Virus record (IMG/VR): IMGVR_UViG_3300043395_002359
Span: 1-64,000 of that record
Length of the DNA: 64,000 bases
Strand: one strand, 5' to 3'
Source of the DNA: a virus
The translations under genes and the position numbers were made by a program. The notes beneath the pieces were generated by a model that was not told the DNA's origin, searched no databases, and was given only the letters and a program-made list of their open reading frames with translations. Of the stretch, positions 49,377-58,711 are shown piece by piece. How positions within the stretch are numbered: the first letter of the stretch is position 1; each line of letters opens with the position of its first letter.

Positions 49377-50972
49377 ATGCGCCTACACTTAGTTGGCATA
49401 TTCCATACACAGCACACGCAAGAATATTCCCACTGCGCATTTACCGGGAAGGCACTGCGCTTCCCGAAGATGCTACAGAAATACGGATACCATATCATCG
49501 AATACAGCAACGAAGGCAGCTCCAGTACGGCCGACGAGCATGTCTGTATTCTGTCAAAGAAGGAATTCGAGGCGCTGTATGGATCTCGTAAGTCAACTGA
49601 CTTCCACGGGAATGACGCAACAATCGGCAGTGCTGGTCATACCGCATTCGAGTCTAGGCTAATCGAACAGATGCGTCACCGCATCGAGCCTCAAGACATC
49701 ATCTGTCATCCGTTCGGCCATGCCCACCAGCGGTTGATGGAAGAGTTCCCAAACAACCAACATGTTGAAACAGGCATCGGCTATCCCACACTGATGCCAT
49801 CTAGTTTTCGTATATTCGAGAGCTATGCCTGGATGCATTACCACCAGGGCAAAGAGAACAGGAACGGTCGCAACTACGAATGGGTTGTACCGAACTACTA
49901 CGACCTGGACGACTGGGATCCGAGCTACGAGCCTGGTCAATACTACGCCTTCCTGGGGCGTATCACAAGCCTGAAGGGCATGGATACGTTGCGTGCCATG
50001 GCGGATTATTTGAAATATCCAATCGTGCTCCACGGCCAGGGAGATCCGTCCGAATGGGCTCATCCCAACATCGAATATAAAGGTCCGCTTGTCGGTCGTG
50101 CCCGTAGTAACTTCCTGGGTGGTGCCAAGGCCCTGTTGGCACCTACAGTGTTTACTGAGCCGTTCTGCGGGATGGCTGTCGAGGCGATGCTGTGCGGGAC
50201 GCCTGTCATCTCGGTGGACTACGGGGCGATGACGGAAACCGTGCAGCCAGGCATGGGATTCCGCTGTCATACCCTGCAGGACTGGTTAGAGGCGACTGAT
50301 GCGGTCGATGACCTGGATCGGAGGTTTATTGCTGATACTGCCCGCGCCAAGTACAGTCTGGAGGCGTGCGGTGCTAAATATGACAAAATCTTTCGACAAT
50401 TAAATGATCTGTATCGCAAAGGATGGTACGAGGTAAGTTACTTTAATTATACGGAAATCGAAACAGAAGAAAAACCATTCGCTGATCGCTTAGCGGCATG
50501 GATAAAAGAAAATATCGGTCCAGTTCATTGCTTGGATATTGGATGCGGTCCTGGAACATATGTTCGCTCGCTTCGCAATATCGGACTAGAGGCCATTGGT
50601 ATTGATATTGATGAACGCGTCTATAACATACCGCATCTGTATCAACGCAGTATGTTCGACAACAAGGCGACGGCAGAATTGGTATTATGTCTCGAGGTTG
50701 CTGAACATATTGACGAAGAACTGTCGGCAGACGTTGCCCGCTCTGTATGTGATAGCGTCAGGAAACCAGGGATCTTAATATGGTCTGCTGCGCATCCCGG
50801 CCAGGGTGGTGTTGGTCATATCAACTGTCAGCCAAAGGAATTCTGGCAAGAATTACTGGAAGCGAATGGTTTAGCGCGTGATCTAGAGCTGGAGGAGGAG
50901 ATGATTGAGCATTTATCAAATGGTTACCATATGGGATGGTTCATCCAGAACGCAATGATTTTCCGCAAATAG
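49377..50972 (+). CDS. GT-B (GT4-like) glycosyltransferase fused to a class I SAM methyltransferase
   Basis: FLGRITSLKG, EPFCGMAVEAMLCGTPVI...GAMTETV; LDIGCGPG, LCLEVAEHI. Confidence 0.9.
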   Translation: MRLHLVGIFHTQHTQEYSHCAFTGKALRFPKMLQKYGYHIIEYSNEGSSSTADEHVCILSKKEFEALYGSRKSTDFHGNDATIGSAGHTAFESRLIEQMRHRIEPQDIICHPFGHAHQRLMEEFPNNQHVETGIGYPTLMPSSFRIFESYAWMHYHQGKENRNGRNYEWVVPNYYDLDDWDPSYEPGQYYAFLGRITSLKGMDTLRAMADYLKYPIVLHGQGDPSEWAHPNIEYKGPLVGRARSNFLGGAKALLAPTVFTEPFCGMAVEAMLCGTPVISVDYGAMTETVQPGMGFRCHTLQDWLEATDAVDDLDRRFIADTARAKYSLEACGAKYDKIFRQLNDLYRKGWYEVSYFNYTEIETEEKPFADRLAAWIKENIGPVHCLDIGCGPGTYVRSLRNIGLEAIGIDIDERVYNIPHLYQRSMFDNKATAELVLCLEVAEHIDEELSADVARSVCDSVRKPGILIWSAAHPGQGGVGHINCQPKEFWQELLEANGLARDLELEEEMIEHLSNGYHMGWFIQNAMIFRK

Positions 50973-51043
50973 GTTAGGTAAACTATTTTAGATCGCGCCA
51001 CTACTCTACGGGGCGGATCTGTTTGTTCTCCGCTTTTACTGCA

Positions 51044-51391
51044 ATGGCTCGTTCCACTGGCGTATTCCCCAGAGAAAAGTTTGATCTGGATAGCGCCCTC
51101 AAGGTTACCGCTACTTCCGCTGCTGCCGCCATCGATCTCAAGTCGATCCGCACCATCCGCGTTGTCGTTATCGGCGCATCCGGTATTGATGATGCAGGCA
51201 CCAACAAGATTACCGTCAACATTGGTGGTCAAACTGTAGTGTTCAAGGCCGCTGACCTGGATGCAAACGGTGTTGGTATTGCCCACATCCGTGGCTCCCT
51301 GTGTGACGCCAACAACAACATCAGCTACACCCTTGGCGGCACCGGCACGCTTAGCAAGTGCTATCTCGATGCTGTCGATAACGTCGCCTGA
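51044..51391 (+). CDS. Probable capsid decoration/cement protein
   Basis: Codon bias like the capsid gene, small beta-rich protein, own late motif and terminator. Confidence 0.6.
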   Translation: MARSTGVFPREKFDLDSALKVTATSAAAAIDLKSIRTIRVVVIGASGIDDAGTNKITVNIGGQTVVFKAADLDANGVGIAHIRGSLCDANNNISYTLGGTGTLSKCYLDAVDNVA

Positions 51392-51414
51392 TTTACATAG
51401 CACTAGGAATAATA

Positions 51415-51441
51415 AGGGGTGATCTTGGTCGCCCCTTTTTT
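51415..51441 (+). terminator. Intrinsic terminator
   Basis: AGGGGTGA-TCTTGG-TCGCCCCTTTTTT. Confidence 0.65.
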
Positions 51442-51444
51442 GTC

Positions 51445-51813
51445 ATGTATCTTCGTAATGCGCCTATCGTCTTCGAGAAAGATGGAGAAACTTGCCTCGT
51501 ATATCACACTGTAACTGCAGATGAATTGACCCAGTTTGGGTGGAAGGCGGTGGGACCCGAATCGGGCCCGAGCGAGGAAGGGGGAGCTATTACTCCTGAA
51601 GCGACGCGAGAAGAGCAAGTTATCACTCCCGTTGATCCCGAGCCCGAGCCCGAGCCAGAGCCCGAGAGCGAAGCAGAAGCCGATGGTCCAGTGCTAACGG
51701 ATATGACCAAGAATCAACTGATCGAGTATGCTTCGGCGAACAGCATCGCAATTAATCCCTATTCGACAAAGTCTGAGATCCTTGGCGCCTGCCTTGAGGC
51801 ATCGAATGACTGA
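51445..51813 (+). CDS. Acidic protein with C-terminal Rho-N/HeH-like motif
   Basis: PEPEPE linker; LTDMTKNQLIEYA..NSI......TKSEIL. Confidence 0.7.
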   Translation: MYLRNAPIVFEKDGETCLVYHTVTADELTQFGWKAVGPESGPSEEGGAITPEATREEQVITPVDPEPEPEPEPESEAEADGPVLTDMTKNQLIEYASANSIAINPYSTKSEILGACLEASND

Positions 51814-51991
51814 TTTTACTTATAGCGCTGGGCCTAGGATTCTCGAGGATGGAACTAATCTTGACGAAGATTTTCGGGGCTGCCACCCGGTGGTCATGCG
51901 GAGAGAAATAACGGATCCCGTAAGCGATGGCAGTCTTGGCCCTCCTGGTTACCAGCCATGTCAGAAGAATCTGGACGGCAGTGATCTGTAG
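51806..51991 (+). CDS. Small hypothetical protein (MTDFTYSAGPR...)
   Basis: Start overlaps the end of the upstream gene. Confidence 0.6.
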   Translation: MTDFTYSAGPRILEDGTNLDEDFRGCHPVVMRREITDPVSDGSLGPPGYQPCQKNLDGSDL

Positions 51992-52020
51992 GGATACTAT
52001 ATTATTACATCTTGAGCTCG

Positions 52021-52140
52021 ATGGCCCTTCCGTACGCTCTGGCAAAAGCCATTAGTAAGTCAAAAGGAAAATCCATGAAACCGATGGAAGGGCAAAAGCC
52101 TAAGGGTAATTCATCCCGCAAAAAGGGAGGCAAGAAATAA
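52021..52140 (+). CDS. 39-aa Lys-rich peptide (MALPYALAKAISKSKGK...KKGGKK)
   Basis: GGGATACTA motif upstream; TAATG coupling to the next gene. Confidence 0.55.
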   Translation: MALPYALAKAISKSKGKSMKPMEGQKPKGNSSRKKGGKK

Positions 52141-52439
52141 TGGCACCCAAGAAACGCAGTACTGCTGATTTCTACGCCAGCCACCCGGAAGCGTATAAGA
52201 AGAAGTTGGCATACGATAAAAAACGTAATGCTAAACCAGACAGAAAGGATTACAGAGCCGAACTTGCCAGAGAGCGTAGGGCAAGAGGAATAATGGGCAA
52301 AGGCGGCCCTGATGTTTCCCACACAGCGGGAGGAGGATTTAAACTTGAAAATCCCAGTAAAAATAGGGCCAGGAATGGTCATGGGAACAATGGTAGGCTT
52401 GCTCCAGGCAAGGGTTCTACCAAGCAAAAGAAGCGCTAG
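52140..52439 (+). CDS. Small basic HNH-like protein; paralog of 2313-2582
   Basis: DVSHT...ENPSKNRARNG. Confidence 0.8.
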   Translation: MAPKKRSTADFYASHPEAYKKKLAYDKKRNAKPDRKDYRAELARERRARGIMGKGGPDVSHTAGGGFKLENPSKNRARNGHGNNGRLAPGKGSTKQKKR

Positions 52440-52443
52440 AAAG

Positions 52444-52755
52444 ATGCAATCTGACTTTTCGCCAAGGCTGATACTCCGGCTTATATTTTTTGTTTATGCT
52501 TATATGATGCTAATGGCTAGCGCTGGAGTAGTTAATTGCGAGATAAGAGGCAATAAAGAGTGCGGAAATCAGTGGACTCAGGCTTTCACCGTAAGCAGCG
52601 GTGCTGTCACGACACTGTGGGCTTATATCACCGATAATCCAATACAGGCAAACAATAAATCCAATAATCAGCGGTCCGGTAATTCGAGGAATTCTAGTCC
52701 TTCTCCCCCGCCGGCGGCAGAGCCGGTAACTTCCGCCAGAAGGAGACGAGAATAG
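52444..52755 (+). CDS. Membrane protein, holin candidate
   Basis: Two hydrophobic segments, basic C-terminus, near the endolysin. Confidence 0.5.
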   Translation: MQSDFSPRLILRLIFFVYAYMMLMASAGVVNCEIRGNKECGNQWTQAFTVSSGAVTTLWAYITDNPIQANNKSNNQRSGNSRNSSPSPPPAAEPVTSARRRRE

Positions 52756-52794
52756 CCTAAGTTAGGAATTCTAAAAATAGCCCATAACAGTTAA

Positions 52795-53073
52795 ATGCCC
52801 GAAGAAGCCAAAGGGGTATCCCAAGAAGATATATACCATAGATTGGGCACCCTTGAAGGGAAGCTTGATGCGCTGATTGGGAAGATGACTGATTTTAGCC
52901 GCGACATCGATACTTGTTTTACTCGCATTCGGGTTTTAGAGGCAAATCTAAATAAAGCCATTGGTGTTGCGATCTTGATTGGCATCGTTATGCCATTTGC
53001 ATTAGACGTATTGTCCAATAATGCACGTATTCATTTTCAACCAGAATCAACCAATAAAGAACAAGTAAGGTAA
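52795..53073 (+). CDS. Coiled-coil plus single-TM protein (lysis-associated candidate)
   Basis: RLGTLEGKLD...AIGVAILIGIVMPFAL. Confidence 0.65.
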   Translation: MPEEAKGVSQEDIYHRLGTLEGKLDALIGKMTDFSRDIDTCFTRIRVLEANLNKAIGVAILIGIVMPFALDVLSNNARIHFQPESTNKEQVR

Positions 53074-53100
53074 ACTATTGGGCGAATTGAGTCCAACGAA

Positions 53101-54240
53101 ATGTCAGTCACTAGCTGGCACGAAATAGCTAGTTTAGCTAATAAATCTGGAGCAAAGTTTCCCGAACTATGCGCAGCTCAATGGGCCCTTGAGAGTTCCT
53201 GGGGCTCGCTGCCAACTGGTACCAATAATTTTTTTGGTATCAAAGGAAAAGGAACCAAAAAGAAAACGCTTGAATACGTCAACGGGAAAGAGGTAGAGAT
53301 AGTTGACGAATTCATGAATTTTGCAACTCCGGAAGAATGTGTCAAGTACCTGGTAGATAGATGGTATAAAGACTACGCCGGAAGATACAAAGGAGTAAAC
53401 AATGCAGCCACTAGAAACAAAGCTGCTGAAATGTTGGTCACAGAGGGCTACTGTACCGACCCAAGTTATGCGGCAAAGCTTATAAAAATAATGGATAACA
53501 ACACCGCTCCTAGCAAAGGTCAAAGCATGTCAACTGAATTAAAATCAACCATGGATTTAAACAGTGCGGTGGAATATGACAAAAGATTGCCACACCAGAT
53601 TGAAGCATGGAAACTACTGCAGTCTATGCTAACAAAAGAGCAGCTATCTAAATTCTTTGCCGCATACAGGAAACCTGCGCAAAAGCCTACTATCTTAAGA
53701 AAGTTTCCGCTTTCTGTCCCTTATTTCTACCAGCGCGATTCAAAAACTGGTCACGGCGAAAGATCGTGCCAGTCTTCTGCTATTGCAATGGTCATCAAAT
53801 ATTTCAAGCCTAGTGCTATACTTGATGACGATGACTACCTGAACTTAGTTTTAAGATATGGCGATACTGTTGCTCAGTCAGCTCACTGTAAAGCATTAAG
53901 CCAGCTAGGTTTTAAGTATGAGTTCAAGATGAATGGATCCGAGAAAGATCTAATAAAAATTCTTGACGGGGGATGCCCTATTCCCATCGGGATACTTCAT
54001 AAAGGTTCAATAAGTAATCCGTCTGGCGGTGGCCATTATATTACATTAATTGGATACGACGATAAATACTTCTATGTTCATGATCCGTTTGGCGAATTAG
54101 ATCTACAGAATGGCGGATATCCAAAGGCTGGGCCGATCGATGGCCGCATGCAAAAATATACAAGAAAGAACTTAATGAAGCGGTGGTTAGTTCAGAATGA
54201 TTCTGATGGATGGTTCTGGGACTTAAGAGGCAACAGCTAA
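53101..54240 (+). CDS. Endolysin: GH73 glucosaminidase plus C39-like peptidase
   Basis: AAQWALESSWG..NNFFGIKG...GYCTDPSYAAKL; VPYFYQRD...SCQSSAIAM...GGHYI...HDPFG. Confidence 0.88.
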   Translation: MSVTSWHEIASLANKSGAKFPELCAAQWALESSWGSLPTGTNNFFGIKGKGTKKKTLEYVNGKEVEIVDEFMNFATPEECVKYLVDRWYKDYAGRYKGVNNAATRNKAAEMLVTEGYCTDPSYAAKLIKIMDNNTAPSKGQSMSTELKSTMDLNSAVEYDKRLPHQIEAWKLLQSMLTKEQLSKFFAAYRKPAQKPTILRKFPLSVPYFYQRDSKTGHGERSCQSSAIAMVIKYFKPSAILDDDDYLNLVLRYGDTVAQSAHCKALSQLGFKYEFKMNGSEKDLIKILDGGCPIPIGILHKGSISNPSGGGHYITLIGYDDKYFYVHDPFGELDLQNGGYPKAGPIDGRMQKYTRKNLMKRWLVQNDSDGWFWDLRGNS

Positions 54241-54461
54241 TGAGAATGCAAACAATTATACCGTTTCTACCTGGCTACATGTTCAATGGCTATACGCTAG
54301 AGTCGACCGGTGTCGCCCTGAAGCCAACGCAGCATATCCATCCAGAAACTGGTGAGATAGTCTACTATGTTAGACCCTTGTTTGAACATGGAGGCGCCTT
54401 TGTCGGCATGTACATACGACACAAAGGCATAGTAGACTGGTTAGAAAATGCTAACGATTAA
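54240..54461 (+). CDS. Small hypothetical protein
   Basis: TAATG coupling with the endolysin. Confidence 0.55.
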   Translation: MRMQTIIPFLPGYMFNGYTLESTGVALKPTQHIHPETGEIVYYVRPLFEHGGAFVGMYIRHKGIVDWLENAND

Positions 54462-54919
54462 ACGTTAAGATCTATCATATCGTCGTCATCCTCGTCGTCA
54501 TCATTCCCCGAAACATAAGATAAGCCGGGAATGCTTTCAACAATTGCTCTCATGTAAGTGTGTATTTTATCCTTGCTCCAATCACAATTACTATAGAGTT
54601 GCTGGCTGAGCTGATTTAGTGCCTCAGAGTGATTTGAAGTCCAAGTACCTCTACGCAGCGCATCCTCTTTCACGCTGGAAACTTGGCAGAGTATACTTAA
54701 CTCATTGCCTATATCCTCTTGGTCGAGAACCTGCTCAGCGTGGTATACTCTGTCCTTGTCAACAAGCCAAAGTATGCCCTTGAACAGGGAAGCAAATGCC
54801 GTATATACAAAATTAAATATTGAACTAAGTACGTTCAGTACCAAGTTGCCGCAATACTGCAGGGCGGATAATGCGCCCTCAAATATTCCAACTAGAAGAT
54901 CGTATAAACCGTTTTTCAT
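54458..54919 (-). CDS. Hypothetical protein with acidic tail
   Basis: ATGA overlap with the helicase stop. Confidence 0.7.
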   Translation of the reverse strand: MKNGLYDLLVGIFEGALSALQYCGNLVLNVLSSIFNFVYTAFASLFKGILWLVDKDRVYHAEQVLDQEDIGNELSILCQVSSVKEDALRRGTWTSNHSEALNQLSQQLYSNCDWSKDKIHTYMRAIVESIPGLSYVSGNDDDEDDDDMIDLNV

Positions 54920-56694
54920 GTTAGATATTTTGAGCTTTTTACGACATTTACATTCTGCATTGTATCGTCATTTTTCAAGCTTTGAGTGGGGTAGTCCAAC
55001 TGTATGAGTGACATTTGAACATCATTACGCACGGCAACTAATCTTTCATCTGGCGGATTGCCTTCCCAGAAATGCTGACCATTCCGGACGGCGGCATGCC
55101 ATACCTCTAACTTGTTCTCTGACGGTCTACCCTCGACAGCTACCTTATTTTTCCTAATAAGCCATACGGCATGCGATACATGGCTGAGGGCATCGGTGCC
55201 ACGAATTTCATCTAGCTGTGGCTCTTTCACCTCGTTTGATACGTTGCTTCTTTCTGACTTGAGGCCGACCTGATTCATCTGTGCAAGGACAAACAAATCA
55301 ATGTCTACTTCTTTTGCCACTGTAATTAGTTTATACGCCCTTTCTTCCAGCATAGCGGCTGTATCCCTTGGGGCGCCTTTATGTCTAGATAATGCATGAA
55401 AGTGGTCCAAGACGACACAACGAAGGTCTGGGTTCTTTGCCTTCATTGATCTTATTGAATTGACCACTGTGTTGGCACAAGCTCCCCAAGGCGCCTCGAC
55501 CAAAAGCTTGCCATTGGTCTCCTGTAAGGCAAAGGCAAGGCTTCCCACTAGATTGGTTAGACCCTCCTTGTCTTGCTCATTTGGGCTAACAAGTTCGCTT
55601 ACCGTTACATATCCAAGTCTATCATCAGATGCTCTCCAGTGATAGCCGTGCTTCCCGAGAAGTTTCCTACTGAGAGACGACATCAGTCGTGGCTCTATAG
55701 AATCGTAGTCAAGTTCTGCAGAAATATAGCCAACCGTTAATCCCTTAGTTGCTAGCGATGTGGCAACTTGACATCCTATGGCAGTTTTACCAACTTTCGT
55801 CCTAGCCGCTATTGTCATTAGACGGCCTCCAAACAGGCGATGTGGCTCAGGGAATGAGACTCCTCCACCTATATCAAGATCGAATGCGGCAATACCTGTT
55901 GATGCTGGCCTTTTCTGGCAGATATTAGATGAAAACCTATCCATCCAATTCATTCTTTGGCCACCAGGATCGCCCATCATCGCCTCTATCATGCCTACAG
56001 CCTGGCCCTGGTTGCCAATACTGCCACGCATCATTCCGACGCCTTCCATGGCCTGCTGCTGCAGGTATTCGAGGGCTTCTTCTAGCTTCGTATCAGCCTT
56101 CAGGTTTTGCTTGGCGTTATGCAGAGTGTCAAGATATAATGCTCTTACCCTGACTTGCTTCAATACGTCAAGAGCAGTATCCCATTCTGATTTTGGATCT
56201 CCGTAACCTTTAACCAATTCTGGATCAGATAGTTCGGAAATCGTCTGATTGAATGATATTACAGGTGTTATCCTTGACGAACTATTAAGATTAGTGTAGC
56301 TAGCTATGATAGACTCCTTGGAGATTATCTGCCCGCTCCTGTCTCCGATAAAAGTTAGATCTATCTCTTTGGCTATTGCCTTGAAACGGGTATCAGACCA
56401 AAGGCCAAGAGGGACAAGTTGGCCGTGGCCAATGCCAAATCCTGTTCTAAGCTGTCCCCACAGCTCCCTAGCAAGTCCAGGCGGCGACGACAATACGCGG
56501 CTCAGGACAATAGCTTCTTGAGAAGTAGTGTCTTCTCTGTCCTGTACCGATGTCGGCTGCAGCTTATCGACTATTCTAGCCACTTCCGTAGCCTTTTGGA
56601 CATAATCAGTCCTGCAGGCTACGATCTTGCCGTTTTCTTCGGTGAGCAGTCCTAGGTCGACCGCCTTTTGTAGATAAAAGGGTAGTTCAGTCAT
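54916..56694 (-). CDS. dnaB: DnaB-like (SF4) replicative helicase
   Basis: STGIAAFD, AARTKVGKT (Walker A), YISAEL, VVLDHFH, LAQMN, EIRGTDAL. Confidence 0.85.
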   Translation of the reverse strand: MTELPFYLQKAVDLGLLTEENGKIVACRTDYVQKATEVARIVDKLQPTSVQDREDTTSQEAIVLSRVLSSPPGLARELWGQLRTGFGIGHGQLVPLGLWSDTRFKAIAKEIDLTFIGDRSGQIISKESIIASYTNLNSSSRITPVISFNQTISELSDPELVKGYGDPKSEWDTALDVLKQVRVRALYLDTLHNAKQNLKADTKLEEALEYLQQQAMEGVGMMRGSIGNQGQAVGMIEAMMGDPGGQRMNWMDRFSSNICQKRPASTGIAAFDLDIGGGVSFPEPHRLFGGRLMTIAARTKVGKTAIGCQVATSLATKGLTVGYISAELDYDSIEPRLMSSLSRKLLGKHGYHWRASDDRLGYVTVSELVSPNEQDKEGLTNLVGSLAFALQETNGKLLVEAPWGACANTVVNSIRSMKAKNPDLRCVVLDHFHALSRHKGAPRDTAAMLEERAYKLITVAKEVDIDLFVLAQMNQVGLKSERSNVSNEVKEPQLDEIRGTDALSHVSHAVWLIRKNKVAVEGRPSENKLEVWHAAVRNGQHFWEGNPPDERLVAVRNDVQMSLIQLDYPTQSLKNDDTMQNVNVVKSSKYLT

Positions 56695-57690
56695 TTACTT
56701 CTCGTCATCATAACGCCAGAAGCGTTCCCTGCTGGTTTCCGGCTCAGGAACATCGGTCGGCCAGGTTGGGATTTGGTATTTCATCCTGAAGCGTGCTGGA
56801 TCCAGTTTAGCGTCCCTCAGGCGTTCTTCAGTTTCTATAATCCTGCTATCTAGTACATGTAGGCTAGCCGGATCATTCTTAGACAACTCATAATACATGA
56901 ACTGCAGTTCATCATAATCATCAATAAGTGATCTGTATTTCGCTGCTACTACAAGCTCATCCTTCCTGTCGGCTTCTCGCAGCGCTTCGCCCCTTTCGTG
57001 ATTCAACCCCTCATTGTACAACATATATACGTTCTGGTATTTCTTGGATTGAGGTGATCCAATACCAATAATGCTTTGAAGGTTCTTGGACGAGTTCTCC
57101 CTCGACCAGAAAGGTGAATGCTCAACCCCTACTTTGAGGACAGAGAAAAATTCTTCATAGCAATGAGGCTTCAGTTTTAATGCAGTTATGTGAGAATCTA
57201 TCGCCTTTATCAACTCGCTACTCATTACATTTACCTTCGAGTAGTTGGCTGGCCTGTATGCGTTCCAGGCATTTTTAGCCGCCTCTAGGTAGTTTATCTT
57301 TTCAGCTTTTGGCGTCTTCTTTGGTTCTATTTCTGAGACCATTGTTATGCCAAGCAGTTCCTTTTGAGCTTCTGCTCTAGCTGTGTTAGTGCTTTCTATC
57401 AGCTTGCGAAGCACTGGAGCCGGATTGATCAATATAAGATGCTCTTCGGTGCCTTTAACTAACCCGAACTCGCGCAACTCTTTAATACATCTAATTCTTG
57501 TTGACCTGTGTATACCTATCATCTTATCAAGAACTGATTTATCTACTGGCCCAAATTTCGACTGATTAGCTAAGACAATCCAAAGAAGTTTGGTGTTTGG
57601 CTGTAGCTCTTCGCACAACAGAAGCTCGAGAGGCGCTTTGGCATATACCTCCGGCTCCCAATCGGCGTCTTTGGAGACGGAGATTTTCAT
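56695..57690 (-). CDS. Putative replication initiator with N-terminal winged HTH
   Basis: KLLWIVLA...LDKMIGIHRSTRIRCIKELREFGLV; upstream of the helicase and beside an iteron cluster. Confidence 0.65.
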   Translation of the reverse strand: MKISVSKDADWEPEVYAKAPLELLLCEELQPNTKLLWIVLANQSKFGPVDKSVLDKMIGIHRSTRIRCIKELREFGLVKGTEEHLILINPAPVLRKLIESTNTARAEAQKELLGITMVSEIEPKKTPKAEKINYLEAAKNAWNAYRPANYSKVNVMSSELIKAIDSHITALKLKPHCYEEFFSVLKVGVEHSPFWSRENSSKNLQSIIGIGSPQSKKYQNVYMLYNEGLNHERGEALREADRKDELVVAAKYRSLIDDYDELQFMYYELSKNDPASLHVLDSRIIETEERLRDAKLDPARFRMKYQIPTWPTDVPEPETSRERFWRYDDEK

Positions 57691-57805
57691 GAGGCCGTTG
57701 TCGCTGCCCCACAACCTAACGACACCTGATGGCCGGTCAACAAAAGGGAATCTGTTGTTTTCGCGACGACCAACGGTTAAATTATGTTAAGATTTTGGTG
57801 ACCAC

Positions 57806-57991
57806 GTTGCATCGTGCAACATAAAAACGTTGCACTTTGCGACATTCCGCGTTGCGTCGTGCAACAAATCCACGATAAACGCGCAAAATGCAACAAAACC
57901 GTGTTGCGTCGTGCAACATGGCACGTTGCACCGTGCAACACGAACGTTGCGTCATGCAACATAACACCGGAAAAACGTTGCACGACGCGAC
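57806..57991. repeat. Cluster of palindromic GTTGC-N5-GCAAC repeats, putative replication origin
   Basis: Perfect copies at 57806, 57851, 57903, 57925, 57946; degenerate at 57829, about 57880, 57977; A-rich tract follows at about 58012-58040. Confidence 0.8.
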
Positions 57992-58068
57992 ACTTAAAAA
58001 GAACTCCCCTTTGAAAAGAAAAAATAATAAGAAAAGATAGAGGGGGCCGCTGGCGCGTCCCATACACT

Positions 58069-58449
58069 GTGGTCATGGTTAGATCGCACAACAAACGGCT
58101 GAACCTGACTCCAGAGCAGAAGGCCCTGGCTGAACAGGAGTGGCCCGAAATAGGTCGCTCTATCGCCATAGCCGTTGTCCATGGCGGGAAGACAATCACC
58201 TGGGCTTGGGAAATCCTGATGCCACTAGGGATTTACGAATATTGGATGCTTGTTTACTGGGTTAAGAAATGCAGGAGGAAGTGCAAGCCCACGCGATTAG
58301 CAAGGGGGAGACCAAGAGCTGTTACCTCTGTCAGTCGTCGATCAGTATTCAAGAGTCAAGAAGACATCAAGTTGGCCATGCGCATGCTGACTGATGGTAT
58401 TGATCCACAAGAGGTGATTGACACGTATAATAAAAAAAGGGAGGAATAG
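58069..58449 (+). CDS. Hypothetical protein (start uncertain)
   Basis: First ORF of the rightward operon; basic, RGRPR motif. Confidence 0.55.
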   Translation: MVMVRSHNKRLNLTPEQKALAEQEWPEIGRSIAIAVVHGGKTITWAWEILMPLGIYEYWMLVYWVKKCRRKCKPTRLARGRPRAVTSVSRRSVFKSQEDIKLAMRMLTDGIDPQEVIDTYNKKREE

Positions 58450-58453
58450 TTTT

Positions 58454-58696
58454 ATGGAACAAGAAGAGATTATCAATCTTCTCAGCGATGAAGACCTGGA
58501 CGATTTATTTAACGCACTTGATGTACTAAGGAATGTCCACGACTACGGCTGGCAGAACGCCTCTAACATGAAACTGCTTGCCGAAAAATACGCGAACGGA
58601 ACCGTCTACCATACGCGAACCGGATTGCTCTATGAAAGATTAAAAAAAGTCGCCTCCATCAGGATGGGCGCGGAGTTTTTCCGCTATAGTTATTGA
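58454..58696 (+). CDS. Hypothetical protein
   Basis: GAGGA RBS before MEQEEII. Confidence 0.65.
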   Translation: MEQEEIINLLSDEDLDDLFNALDVLRNVHDYGWQNASNMKLLAEKYANGTVYHTRTGLLYERLKKVASIRMGAEFFRYSY

Positions 58697-58711
58697 AACC
58701 GCACAAGGAAA

